From assembly GCA_039182965.1 (NCBI GenBank), contig JBCDBW010000002.1, forward strand, positions 15,063 through 79,062: a stretch of 64,000 nt of DNA, read 5' to 3'. The translations under genes were made by a program, and so were the position numbers. Below the pieces are notes generated by a model. It did not search any database. It was not told the DNA's origin and worked only from the letters and a program-made list of their open reading frames with translations. Origin of the DNA: Verrucomicrobiota bacterium. Lineage in GTDB: Bacteria > Verrucomicrobiota > Verrucomicrobiia > Verrucomicrobiales > DEV007. Below, in pieces: positions 9,098 through 18,041 of this stretch (within the stretch, counting starts at the first letter, position 1; the number at the start of each line of letters is the position of its first letter).

Positions 9098-11514
9098 TGA
9101 TTAGCTTTTCCAGATTGCCTTTCATCTTTCTCACGATTACGTGCGGAATCAGCACAGGCGAGGAAGCCGTCGATTTCAGCCGCGATATTCGTCCGATTCT
9201 TTCTGGCAAGTGTTTTAAGTGCCATGGCCCTGATTCCGGTTCCAGAGAAGCCGACCTTCGCCTCGACCTTCGCGACGCCGCCCTCGATGCCGAAGCCATC
9301 ATTGCGGGTGCCGCCCACGAAAGCTCGCTCTTTGACCGTGTTACCACTGGCGACCTCGACGATCGCATGCCCCCCAAGGGAAAGCCTCTCTCCCAAGAAG
9401 AAGTCAGACTTCTTCGAATCTGGATTGATGCAGGAGCCCCCTACGAAAACCACTGGGCCTACGAGAAACCGGTTCCAACCGACCTTCCCTCGGGTTCCAC
9501 CCATCCGATCGACCACTTTGTCCGAGCGCGTTTAGAGGAGAAAGGCCTTCGGCCCGCTCCTCCCGCCGATCCCGCTGTTCTTCTCCGCCGCCTCTCGCTG
9601 GACCTTATCGGAATCCCACCGACCATTGAAGAGGTCTCTCGCTTTGAAAGAGATCCCTCCGAGGCCTGCTACGAACGCGAAGTTGATCGCCTCCTTGCCT
9701 CGAATCATTTCGGCGAGAAGTGGGCGCGCCACTGGCTCGACCTCGCGCGATACGCCGACTCAAACGGATACCAGCATGACGATTTACGAACTATGTGGCC
9801 GTATCGCGATTGGGTCATCAATGCGCTCAACGAGGACATGCCATTCGACCGGTTCACCATTGAGCAGCTCGCGGGCGATCTCCTCCCGAACCCGTCGAGA
9901 GAGCAACTGGTGGCGACCGGCTTCCACCGCAATGTGGCCACCAACTTTTCGGGCGGTTCCAAGGTCAGGGAATTGCGTGCAGATATCCTTCACGACCGTG
10001 TGAGCACGACCGGGCAAGTGTGGTTGGCAATGACGATGGAATGCAGCCAATGCCATGATCACAAATTCGACCCGATTCCGCAGCGTGACTACTACGAACT
10101 CTACGCGTACTTCAATCAAGCAGTGACGGAGTTCGCCATGGAAGGGCCGGGAATGTTCCGCAAGAAGTTTATTGGCGCAGATCTTCCTTTCGTGGGATCT
10201 CGCATTGACAAGCGCCGCGTAGAGGAGATCAGCGACACCATAGAATTGGTGGCGGCGAAGCTTGAAGAAGCCAAGGCAACGGCTCTCGCCGACCAAGTGA
10301 AATGGGAGAGAGAGTTTCTTGACTCGGATCGTGGTGCCAACATTCCTTGGAAGCGATTTCCGTGGAATCTCCGGGGTGGCTTGAATCATCTCCGGATTCC
10401 GCCTGCCAAGCGAACGGACGACGAGAAGCTGAATGTAGAAGCCCTGCTGTTCTATGATCATCCGGCCACAGGGCCGCATGAGCGAACACTGGATCGGCTC
10501 AAGGAGGAGCGCGACGATTTGGTTGCCCGGACAATGGTCATGAAAGACGAGAAGGAGATGGTTCCGACGAACCTTTTTCTTCGTGGCGATTACACCAGTC
10601 TCGGGGAGCACGTCGAACCTGGCGTGCCCGACGTGCTCCATCCGCTTGATCCGGGACTTCCTCCGAATCGTCTCGGTCTGGCGCAGTGGATTGTTGACCC
10701 GGAGAATCCTCTGACGGCACGCGTGACCGTCAACCGTTTCTGGGCCGAGATATTTGGGCGTGGGATCGTTACCACTCCGGAGGACTTTGGTATGCAGAGT
10801 CCTTCTCCCACCCATCCCGAACTCCTCGACTGGCTTGCGCTTGAGTTCATTCGGCAGGATTGGTCGATGAAGCAGCTCATCAAAACCATCGTGATGTCTG
10901 AAACCTATCGCCAAACCGCAACGGCATGCGCGGAGAAGATGGCACAAGATCCCGCCAACGAGTGGTTGGCCCGTGGTCCGCGATTTCGGCTTTCGGCCGA
11001 GCTCATCCGTGACAATCTCCTTGCCATCTCGGGGCGGCTTTCGCGAAAGATTGGTGGCCCCGCCGTGTATCCGCCGCAGCCGGAGGGGCTCTGGAAAGAG
11101 ATTTCCGGAGCGGATGTCTCTCATTATCCTACCTCTGAGGGTGAGGACCGGCAGCGGCGCGGTCTCTACACTTTTTTGCGTCGAGGCAATCCGAATCCGA
11201 TGGTGCTTAACTTTGACGGTTCCGGGCGCTCCGCTTGCGTGACCTCGCGCGACCGATCCAACACTCCTGTCCAAGCCCTTAACCTCCTCAATGATCCCTG
11301 CTATGTGGAAGCGGCGCAGGCGTTCGCGGCATGGATTGAAGGCGTTCCGGGGGACGACTTTTCCAAGGCGACCGCGGCCTTTCGGCGTGCCGTCGCCCGC
11401 CAGCCTTCTGAAGCGGAAAGGCAAGCTCTCGTAGCTCTTTATGAAAAGCACGGCTCCTGGTTTTCTGTGGCCCAGGTCATCCTGAATCTCGACGAAACCC
11501 TAACAAAGTCATGA
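9097..11514 (+). CDS. PSCyt1/PSCyt2(DUF1549)/PSD1(DUF1553) domain protein
   Basis: ATG 9097 overlaps the upstream TGA; the track starts at GTG 9094. Signal peptide. CFKCHGPDSGSREADLRLD (CxxCH). DUF1549-type HFGEKWARHWLDLARYADSNGY. Second CxxCH at CSQCHDHKFDP. DUF1553-type C-terminal half. Confidence 0.85.
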   Translation: MISFSRLPFIFLTITCGISTGEEAVDFSRDIRPILSGKCFKCHGPDSGSREADLRLDLRDAALDAEAIIAGAAHESSLFDRVTTGDLDDRMPPKGKPLSQEEVRLLRIWIDAGAPYENHWAYEKPVPTDLPSGSTHPIDHFVRARLEEKGLRPAPPADPAVLLRRLSLDLIGIPPTIEEVSRFERDPSEACYEREVDRLLASNHFGEKWARHWLDLARYADSNGYQHDDLRTMWPYRDWVINALNEDMPFDRFTIEQLAGDLLPNPSREQLVATGFHRNVATNFSGGSKVRELRADILHDRVSTTGQVWLAMTMECSQCHDHKFDPIPQRDYYELYAYFNQAVTEFAMEGPGMFRKKFIGADLPFVGSRIDKRRVEEISDTIELVAAKLEEAKATALADQVKWEREFLDSDRGANIPWKRFPWNLRGGLNHLRIPPAKRTDDEKLNVEALLFYDHPATGPHERTLDRLKEERDDLVARTMVMKDEKEMVPTNLFLRGDYTSLGEHVEPGVPDVLHPLDPGLPPNRLGLAQWIVDPENPLTARVTVNRFWAEIFGRGIVTTPEDFGMQSPSPTHPELLDWLALEFIRQDWSMKQLIKTIVMSETYRQTATACAEKMAQDPANEWLARGPRFRLSAELIRDNLLAISGRLSRKIGGPAVYPPQPEGLWKEISGADVSHYPTSEGEDRQRRGLYTFLRRGNPNPMVLNFDGSGRSACVTSRDRSNTPVQALNLLNDPCYVEAAQAFAAWIEGVPGDDFSKATAAFRRAVARQPSEAERQALVALYEKHGSWFSVAQVILNLDETLTKS

Positions 11515-12965
11515 AGGCAGACGAAATCGATCGCTTGAGAGCCGGGAATCGCAGTTTGGCGCGTCGAGAATTTTTTCGACGCGGCACTTTGGGGATCGGG
11601 TCTCTCGCGTTGTCGAAACTGCTGCAGGACGATCTCGGGGCATCGATCTTCGGGAACGATAATGCGATCCTCAAGTCTCACCATGCCCCGAAAGCCAAAC
11701 GGGTGATCTTTCTCCACATGGTCGGCGGTCCCTCGCAGATGGACACCTTTGATCCGAAGCCCGAGCTGGATAAGTGGGATGGAAAGAGTCTTCCGGAGGA
11801 GCTCACGCGGGGTCAAAAGTTCGCGTTCATAACCGGGGATGCGCGGGCCATCAGATCGCCTTACTCCTTTGCGCCCCGGGGCGAGAGTGGAATGATCATG
11901 TCGGAACTTTTTCCTCACCTCGCGACCGTTGCGGATGAGCTTACGATGATCCGGAGCATGCAAACCAACGAGATCAACCATGGGTCCGGCGAGCTCTTTC
12001 TTCACACCGGTCATGGTAGACTGGGCAGGCCCACTTTTGGTGCCTGGACCTCTTACGGACTTGGTTCAGAGAACTCGAACCTTCCTTCATACGTTGTCCT
12101 CAAGGACCAGCATCCCAATGCCGGGCCGTCGGCCTGGAGCAGCGGTTTTCTTCCGTCGAAGCACCAGGGGGTTCTTTTTCGCACTGGCCGCAACCCGCTT
12201 TTTTATCTTGAGAATCCCCACGACGTTTCCGCGAGCGAGCGGGGCGACGTGATCGACGCTATTGGCGAGCTGAACGGACTTGCGTTTGATCGATACCAGG
12301 ATCCGGAGATACAGACCCGCATCGCACAGTATGAGCTGGCATACCGTATGCAAACGTCGGTTCCTGAACTGTCGGATCTGAAGCGTGAGCCGGAGCACGT
12401 TCTCAGTCTATACGGGCTCGACGCGGACGGAGAGGGCGGTGACTTTGCGAAGAACTGCCTCCTTGCGAGACGGCTCTGCGAACGCGGGGTACGGTTTGTT
12501 CAGATTTTCAACAAGGGTTGGGACCATCACGCCAATATTTACCAAGCTCTTCCGCGATCCGCAGCAAAGGTTGACCGGGCCTGCGCCGGTCTCCTAATCG
12601 ACCTCAAGCAGCGAGGTTTGCTCGACGACACCTTGGTCATTTGGGGCGGCGAGTTCGGCCGGACGCCTATGGTTCAGGAAAACAACGCCGGCACGGGCGC
12701 CAAAACTGCTCCGGGTCGCGATCACCACAAGGAATGCTTTACCATCTGGATGGCAGGTGGAGGGGTCAAGAAGGGATACACTTATGGCGCGACCGATGAT
12801 TTTGGATTCGGGGTGACGGAGAATGCCGTGCACGTTCACGACTGGCATGCGACTTGTCAGCACCTTCTCGGGATTGACCACGAGCAACTGACTTACCGCC
12901 ATCAGGGGCGTGATTTTCGTCTGACCGACGTTCATGGTCACATCGTTAGGAACATCCTTGCCTAA
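11511..12965 (+). CDS. DUF1501 domain protein (sulfatase/alkaline-phosphatase-fold), Tat signal
   Basis: ATGA overlap with the upstream gene. Twin-arginine ARREFFRRGTLGIGSLAL. DUF1501 blocks FLHMVGGPSQMDTFDPKPE and VIWGGEFGRTP. Confidence 0.85.
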   Translation: MKADEIDRLRAGNRSLARREFFRRGTLGIGSLALSKLLQDDLGASIFGNDNAILKSHHAPKAKRVIFLHMVGGPSQMDTFDPKPELDKWDGKSLPEELTRGQKFAFITGDARAIRSPYSFAPRGESGMIMSELFPHLATVADELTMIRSMQTNEINHGSGELFLHTGHGRLGRPTFGAWTSYGLGSENSNLPSYVVLKDQHPNAGPSAWSSGFLPSKHQGVLFRTGRNPLFYLENPHDVSASERGDVIDAIGELNGLAFDRYQDPEIQTRIAQYELAYRMQTSVPELSDLKREPEHVLSLYGLDADGEGGDFAKNCLLARRLCERGVRFVQIFNKGWDHHANIYQALPRSAAKVDRACAGLLIDLKQRGLLDDTLVIWGGEFGRTPMVQENNAGTGAKTAPGRDHHKECFTIWMAGGGVKKGYTYGATDDFGFGVTENAVHVHDWHATCQHLLGIDHEQLTYRHQGRDFRLTDVHGHIVRNILA

Positions 12966-12974
12966 TTTTTGCCC

Positions 12975-14468
12975 ATGAGGACCCTCCCAATTTTCGTGAT
13001 CTTTGCTGCGTTGCTTGTTTCTTCGCCTCATGCGGCCGAACTTGATGTTTACGGGGGATTTACCGACATCAAGGGTGAGAAAACGGGCTTTTTTCACACG
13101 GAAAAGATCGATGGTCGTTGGTGGTTGATCACGCCGGAAGGGAATGCGTTCTGGGGAATCGGGATGGCGCATCCGATCACGGGCTTTACTCAAAGTGCGG
13201 TGACTTTTGTGTATGATGGTGACCAGCAGGCCTGGCTCAAGGGGAGCATCGAACTGATGCGTGGCCTGGGTTACAACTGTGTGTGGTCTGGCCCCTACTG
13301 TCCTGAGCGCCTTCAATCGGACTTTGTTGACCGTTCTTTGGCGGAGGAAGTGTTTCGGGAAGCCAAGATCCCATACGTATTTCCTCTCCCGATTTTAAAA
13401 CACAGCGTGGAAATGGTTCCCGGGGAGAAACGTCCTGATGTCTTTTCTGATCGATTCGCGGCGTTTGTCAATAAGTTGGTTGCCGAGCATGTCCCAAGGC
13501 TCAAAGATGACCGGTGGGTCATGGGGTATTACTATGGTTTTGCTCCATGGATGGACGATGTCACCTGGCTGAATGATCTGATCGAGCGGAAAGATAGTCC
13601 CGGACGCGAACGATTGTTGGGCGTCCTTGAAAGGCGATACGAGGGCAATATTGAAGCGTTGAATGCGGTTTACGGGACGAGCTTTCAGTCGTTCGAGCAA
13701 CTCAAACAGTCGGGTGCACTGATCGTTTATCCCGACTGGGTCAAGCGTCACAAAATGGGGTATGCTCCGATGGCCGAAGCGGCGGGTTCGCAGAAACTCT
13801 ATGATGATGCCCAAGCGCTTCTTGGGGAGATTGTGGAGCATACCTATCGGATCGCTCATGATGCCGTTCGTCGACACGACCAAAACCATCTTATTTTTGG
13901 ATGTTACATCAAGGAGGCATCGTTGAATCTTGAAAACTGGAAGCGGATTGGGCCGTACATCGACGTGATCGCGCCGCAGCATGTGAGTCAGGTTTTTCCG
14001 ATCGATCCTGTTGTTGAGGCTTTGGACAAGCCTGCCTTCATCAGTGACCAACCGTTTGGAAACGTTTATCCTTTGCCGTTGGTAACCGCCAAGAATGCAC
14101 CCGGCGCGGTTCCTGATCATCTTGATCGGCTCGTGCTCTACGATCTGCTAGCGAATCGGATTTCGAAGGATCCCAACTTCATTGGGGTCGATTTTTGCGC
14201 GGTTCTCTTTGATCAATCGCATGAAGACAAGGCATACGAAATCGGGCAACCGGGCTTTTACACCAAATATGGAGAGCCCAAGCAGCCGCTTTGCGAGACA
14301 GTGATTGGATTCAATGAGCAGATGCTGAGCCATTTGAGGGAGCCGATGAGCGGAGAGGAATTGGAACTTTTAGACCGGCAATTTCACGAGACGCTCGACC
14401 GTTATCGGGCGGTCATGAGAGATCGAAAGGGTTTTCTCCTGAGAAACCCTAGGGTAAGTTATCGATAG
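12975..14468 (+). CDS. putative glycoside hydrolase (paralog 3 of 3)
   Basis: ATG 12975 (track starts at TTG 12969) gives signal peptide MRTLPIFVIFAALLVSSPHAA. IDGRWWLITPEGNAFWGIGMAHPI and LIFGCYIKEAS blocks are paralogous to 635 and 7598. Confidence 0.7.
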   Translation: MRTLPIFVIFAALLVSSPHAAELDVYGGFTDIKGEKTGFFHTEKIDGRWWLITPEGNAFWGIGMAHPITGFTQSAVTFVYDGDQQAWLKGSIELMRGLGYNCVWSGPYCPERLQSDFVDRSLAEEVFREAKIPYVFPLPILKHSVEMVPGEKRPDVFSDRFAAFVNKLVAEHVPRLKDDRWVMGYYYGFAPWMDDVTWLNDLIERKDSPGRERLLGVLERRYEGNIEALNAVYGTSFQSFEQLKQSGALIVYPDWVKRHKMGYAPMAEAAGSQKLYDDAQALLGEIVEHTYRIAHDAVRRHDQNHLIFGCYIKEASLNLENWKRIGPYIDVIAPQHVSQVFPIDPVVEALDKPAFISDQPFGNVYPLPLVTAKNAPGAVPDHLDRLVLYDLLANRISKDPNFIGVDFCAVLFDQSHEDKAYEIGQPGFYTKYGEPKQPLCETVIGFNEQMLSHLREPMSGEELELLDRQFHETLDRYRAVMRDRKGFLLRNPRVSYR

Positions 14469-14488
14469 CTCTTGAATTAGCGATATTT

Positions 14489-16384
14489 ATGAATTCCCCG
14501 TCCTTAACCCTTGCGGCTTTTGTATTGGTGGCCACCACCTCTGGTCTTTTCTCAGTTCATGCAACTGAGGGATCTCGTCCCAACGTGCTTTTCATCATTG
14601 CGGATGATTTGAACGACATGCCCTTGGACCCCGAGGGCAAGCCGCATGTTCCGACTCCGAATTTCGACCGTTTGGCGGCGCGGGGAGTGAGTTTTACGAA
14701 TGCGCACTGCAACGATCCGATTTGTGCGCCCTCGCGGTCGAGCATGATGACGGGGCTGTATCCGCAGACCTCGAGTCTTTATTGGTTCGAGGATTATCGA
14801 CAGAACGCGATTCTCAGCAAGTGTGTCACCTTGACGGAACACTTAGCGACGAACGGGTATGACGTGTACACGACGGGGAAGATTTATCATGGCAATCAGG
14901 ACCCGAAGGGATTTTATGCGGGGAAAGGACTGGGCGGGAATATTGGCCCCTGGCCTTGGGATGGGAGGAAGCAAACGCGGCGAGGATTCATCCCGCATCC
15001 GCAGCAGATGTATTTCTATGCCGATGATGCCGATCCGGACATTGATTACAAGTGGGAGCATACCTTTGGTCCGCTCACGATGATCCCGGAATATGCTGAG
15101 GATTCGGATAATGGGATTCCCGGGTATCGCGGTTGGACGCTATCGGGCAAGCCTTGGCGCTATGTGTCGGACGATGACCGTGACGCGATGCCGGACGAGG
15201 AGCATGCGGCGTGGGCGGCGGATGTTCTCAGTCAAGAACATGACAAGCCGTTTGCGCTCTTTGCGGGATTCAGCCGGACTCATACGCCGTTGTATGCGCC
15301 GCAGAAGTATTTCGATATGTTCCCGTTGGAGGAGATCGAAGTGCCGGGGACATATCTGGAGGGGGATTTGGAGGATTGTGCGCCCAGTTTGGCCAACAAG
15401 AGCCTTTATGCATTCCGGCGTTACCAGATGCTCTTCAAGCATGAGGATCGTCCCCAGCTCTTCAAGGAATGGCTGCAGGCATACATGGCTTGTGTGGCCT
15501 TTGTTGACGATCAAGTGGGCGCCGTTCTGGATGCACTTGACGCGAGTGATTATGCCGACGATACGGTGGTAATTTTGACCAGTGATCACGGGTGGCACGT
15601 GGGAGGCAAGGAAGCGATCTACAAGCAGACGCTGTGGGACAGTGGGACGCGGATTCCGTTCATCGTGGCGGGTTTGGAGGGGATGCCAGAGGGGGTCACC
15701 TGCCATCAGCCGATTTCGTTGATCGATGTTTACCCGACATTGGTCGATATCTGCGGATTGCCGAAGGATCCGCACGCGGGGCGTTCCGATTACCCGCTCG
15801 ATGGTCACAGCATCGTGCCTTTGCTGTTTGATCCGGAGGGTGAGTGGTCAGGTCCTGAGGTGGCTATTACGGCGTTGCCGGGGAAGGATCACAGCCAGCT
15901 GCGGGAACATGTCGGGACGCTGTATCCGCATTTTTCCGTTCGTTCCGCGGACTGGCGATACAGCCTGACATCGGACGGTCAGGAGGAGCTTTATTATTAT
16001 CCGGACGATCCGCTTGAATTTACCAATCTGGCCAGTCGGGAAGAGTTTGCCGAGGTGAAGGCGGAACTAAAGGAACAACTGATCGCGCTTCGCGACGGAG
16101 ATGCTTGGGAGGATTATGAGTCTTTGCCGAGCGAAGAACTGGAGGCTTTCGAGCTTCTTTCCGAGGTGAAAGGGCCGGCGAGCCTGAAGCTTGGAGATGT
16201 GGTTGTTGCCGAGGTCGAGGCCGACGAGTGGTCTCCGTTTCGTGTTCGCGTCGCTGGCACCCGTAGCCAGGTTTGGCTGGACAACCGAGTGGCGTCGGAT
16301 GAGGTCCGGCAAGCTGAATTTACTGCTGGGGCACTGACGTCGGATGAAGGTGAACTTCGCGATATCAGAATTCGGAAACTTTGA
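14489..16384 (+). CDS. sulfatase (S1 family) with ~110-aa C-terminal extension
   Basis: Signal peptide. NVLFIIADDLNDM. CAPSRSSMMTG. The tail ends GELRDIRIRKL, which resembles the DUF1080 C-terminal signature. Confidence 0.88.
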   Translation: MNSPSLTLAAFVLVATTSGLFSVHATEGSRPNVLFIIADDLNDMPLDPEGKPHVPTPNFDRLAARGVSFTNAHCNDPICAPSRSSMMTGLYPQTSSLYWFEDYRQNAILSKCVTLTEHLATNGYDVYTTGKIYHGNQDPKGFYAGKGLGGNIGPWPWDGRKQTRRGFIPHPQQMYFYADDADPDIDYKWEHTFGPLTMIPEYAEDSDNGIPGYRGWTLSGKPWRYVSDDDRDAMPDEEHAAWAADVLSQEHDKPFALFAGFSRTHTPLYAPQKYFDMFPLEEIEVPGTYLEGDLEDCAPSLANKSLYAFRRYQMLFKHEDRPQLFKEWLQAYMACVAFVDDQVGAVLDALDASDYADDTVVILTSDHGWHVGGKEAIYKQTLWDSGTRIPFIVAGLEGMPEGVTCHQPISLIDVYPTLVDICGLPKDPHAGRSDYPLDGHSIVPLLFDPEGEWSGPEVAITALPGKDHSQLREHVGTLYPHFSVRSADWRYSLTSDGQEELYYYPDDPLEFTNLASREEFAEVKAELKEQLIALRDGDAWEDYESLPSEELEAFELLSEVKGPASLKLGDVVVAEVEADEWSPFRVRVAGTRSQVWLDNRVASDEVRQAEFTAGALTSDEGELRDIRIRKL

Positions 16385-16411
16385 GCCGTGAGCGGGCACC
16401 CATCGATATAA

Positions 16412-17983
16412 ATGAAAACTGTTACCCTATCCATCATTGGAGCCTTTGTTAGCATTGTGCCAAAGCCCTCGTCTTTGGCGGAGGTGATACCCGTGCCGAG
16501 CGAGGTGATTCATGAAAGGATAGCTGAAGCTGAGCCGCGAAATGTCGTGTTCATCCTTTCCGATGACCATCGGTATGACGCGATGGGTTTCATGGGGCAT
16601 CCATTGGCGATCACTCCCACTATGGATGCGATGGCCGAGGAAGGGGTGCATTTGAAGAATGCGTTTGTCACGACTTCGCTCTGTTCGCCGAGCCGGGCGT
16701 CGATTCTGACAGGTCTCTACACCTTTCGGCATCGGGTAATCGACAATCAGCGGATGGTGCCGGAGGGCACGATTTTCTTTCCGCAGTATCTTCAGGATGC
16801 GGGATACGAAACGGGCTTCGTGGGCAAGTGGCACATGGGGCATGCAAACGATGATCCGCGACCGGGATTTGATTACTGGGTGAGTTTCAAGGGGCAGGGA
16901 CAGTATTATCCCCCGGGGCCTCAATACACCATTAACGTGAACGGTGAGCGGGTGCCGCAGGACGGGTATATCACGCCGTTGCTGACGCGATATGCGATAG
17001 AGTTTCTGGAGGAGCAGACCGAACGCGAGAAGCCGTTCTTTCTCTATCTTTCGCACAAGGCGGTGCATGGACCGTTTACGCCGGAGCCGAAGTACAAGGG
17101 GAGCACCGGTGAGCTTCCTTTTGAGTTGCCGGCATCTGCGGAAAAGCCGTCGGATAATCAGGAAAACCGCCCGCGCTGGGTGCTTGATCAGCGGAACAGC
17201 TGGCATGGAATGGATTTTCCGCTTCATACCGGGTCGACGGCGGAGGCCTTTCTTCGCAGTTACTGTGAAGCGTTACGATCCGTTGATGACAGTATCGGCG
17301 CGATCATGGAGCAGTTGAAGAAGATGGGAATCTATGACGAGACACTGGTGATTTACATGGGGGACAACGGGTATCTGTTTGGTGAGCATGGCTTAATCGA
17401 CAAGCGTGTTGCGTATGAGACGTCTGCGCGTGTTCCCATGTTGATGCAATGTCCTGAATTGTTTGAAGGGGGGACGGTCGTAGAAGAGGTGGTGGCGAAC
17501 ATTGACATTGCCCCCACGGTGATGGAGGCAATGGGCTTAGCAACGCCGCCGCATATGGACGGACGGAGTTTTCTCCCGCTTGCGGGGGGAGAGAAAGTGC
17601 CTTGGCGGGATTACTTTTTGTATTGCTATTACTGGGAGCAAAACTATCCGCAGACGCCAACGCATTTTTCGTTGCGAGGGGATCAATACAAATACATCAC
17701 CTACTACGGGGTTTGGGATACCGATGAGTTGTTTGATATTCAGGCGGATCCGATGGAGCAGAATAACCTTATTCATGATCCGGCGTTTGCGGCGGTCCGA
17801 GATGAGATGCAGGGGAGGCTGTATGGTATGATGGATGAGCTTGGCGGGATGGCGATTCCGATGAATCCGCCCCGTGGCAAGCAGCAGAACAAACGATTGC
17901 GTGACAAGGGGGGGCCAGACTCCGCAGATTTTCCGGAAGCTTTTGTTGTAGACGAGCCTTTGCGGAAGGAGCTTAACAAATAG
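16412..17983 (+). CDS. sulfatase (S1 family; GlcNAc-6-sulfatase-like N-terminus)
   Basis: Signal peptide. NVVFILSDDHRYDAMGFMGH. CSPSRASILTG. Confidence 0.9.
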   Translation: MKTVTLSIIGAFVSIVPKPSSLAEVIPVPSEVIHERIAEAEPRNVVFILSDDHRYDAMGFMGHPLAITPTMDAMAEEGVHLKNAFVTTSLCSPSRASILTGLYTFRHRVIDNQRMVPEGTIFFPQYLQDAGYETGFVGKWHMGHANDDPRPGFDYWVSFKGQGQYYPPGPQYTINVNGERVPQDGYITPLLTRYAIEFLEEQTEREKPFFLYLSHKAVHGPFTPEPKYKGSTGELPFELPASAEKPSDNQENRPRWVLDQRNSWHGMDFPLHTGSTAEAFLRSYCEALRSVDDSIGAIMEQLKKMGIYDETLVIYMGDNGYLFGEHGLIDKRVAYETSARVPMLMQCPELFEGGTVVEEVVANIDIAPTVMEAMGLATPPHMDGRSFLPLAGGEKVPWRDYFLYCYYWEQNYPQTPTHFSLRGDQYKYITYYGVWDTDELFDIQADPMEQNNLIHDPAFAAVRDEMQGRLYGMMDELGGMAIPMNPPRGKQQNKRLRDKGGPDSADFPEAFVVDEPLRKELNK

Positions 17984-18041
17984 ATTCGTGGGTGCGGAAT
18001 TTTTGGATCGAGGGGTGTTGGAGGAAAGATAGTTACGTGCC

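Noticed and set aside
9784-11451. 555-aa ORF antisense to the DUF1549/DUF1553 gene
   Set aside because: Arg/Pro/Gly-rich composition with no motifs. It lies fully inside a gene with strong family signatures on the other strand. This is a typical GC-rich shadow ORF.
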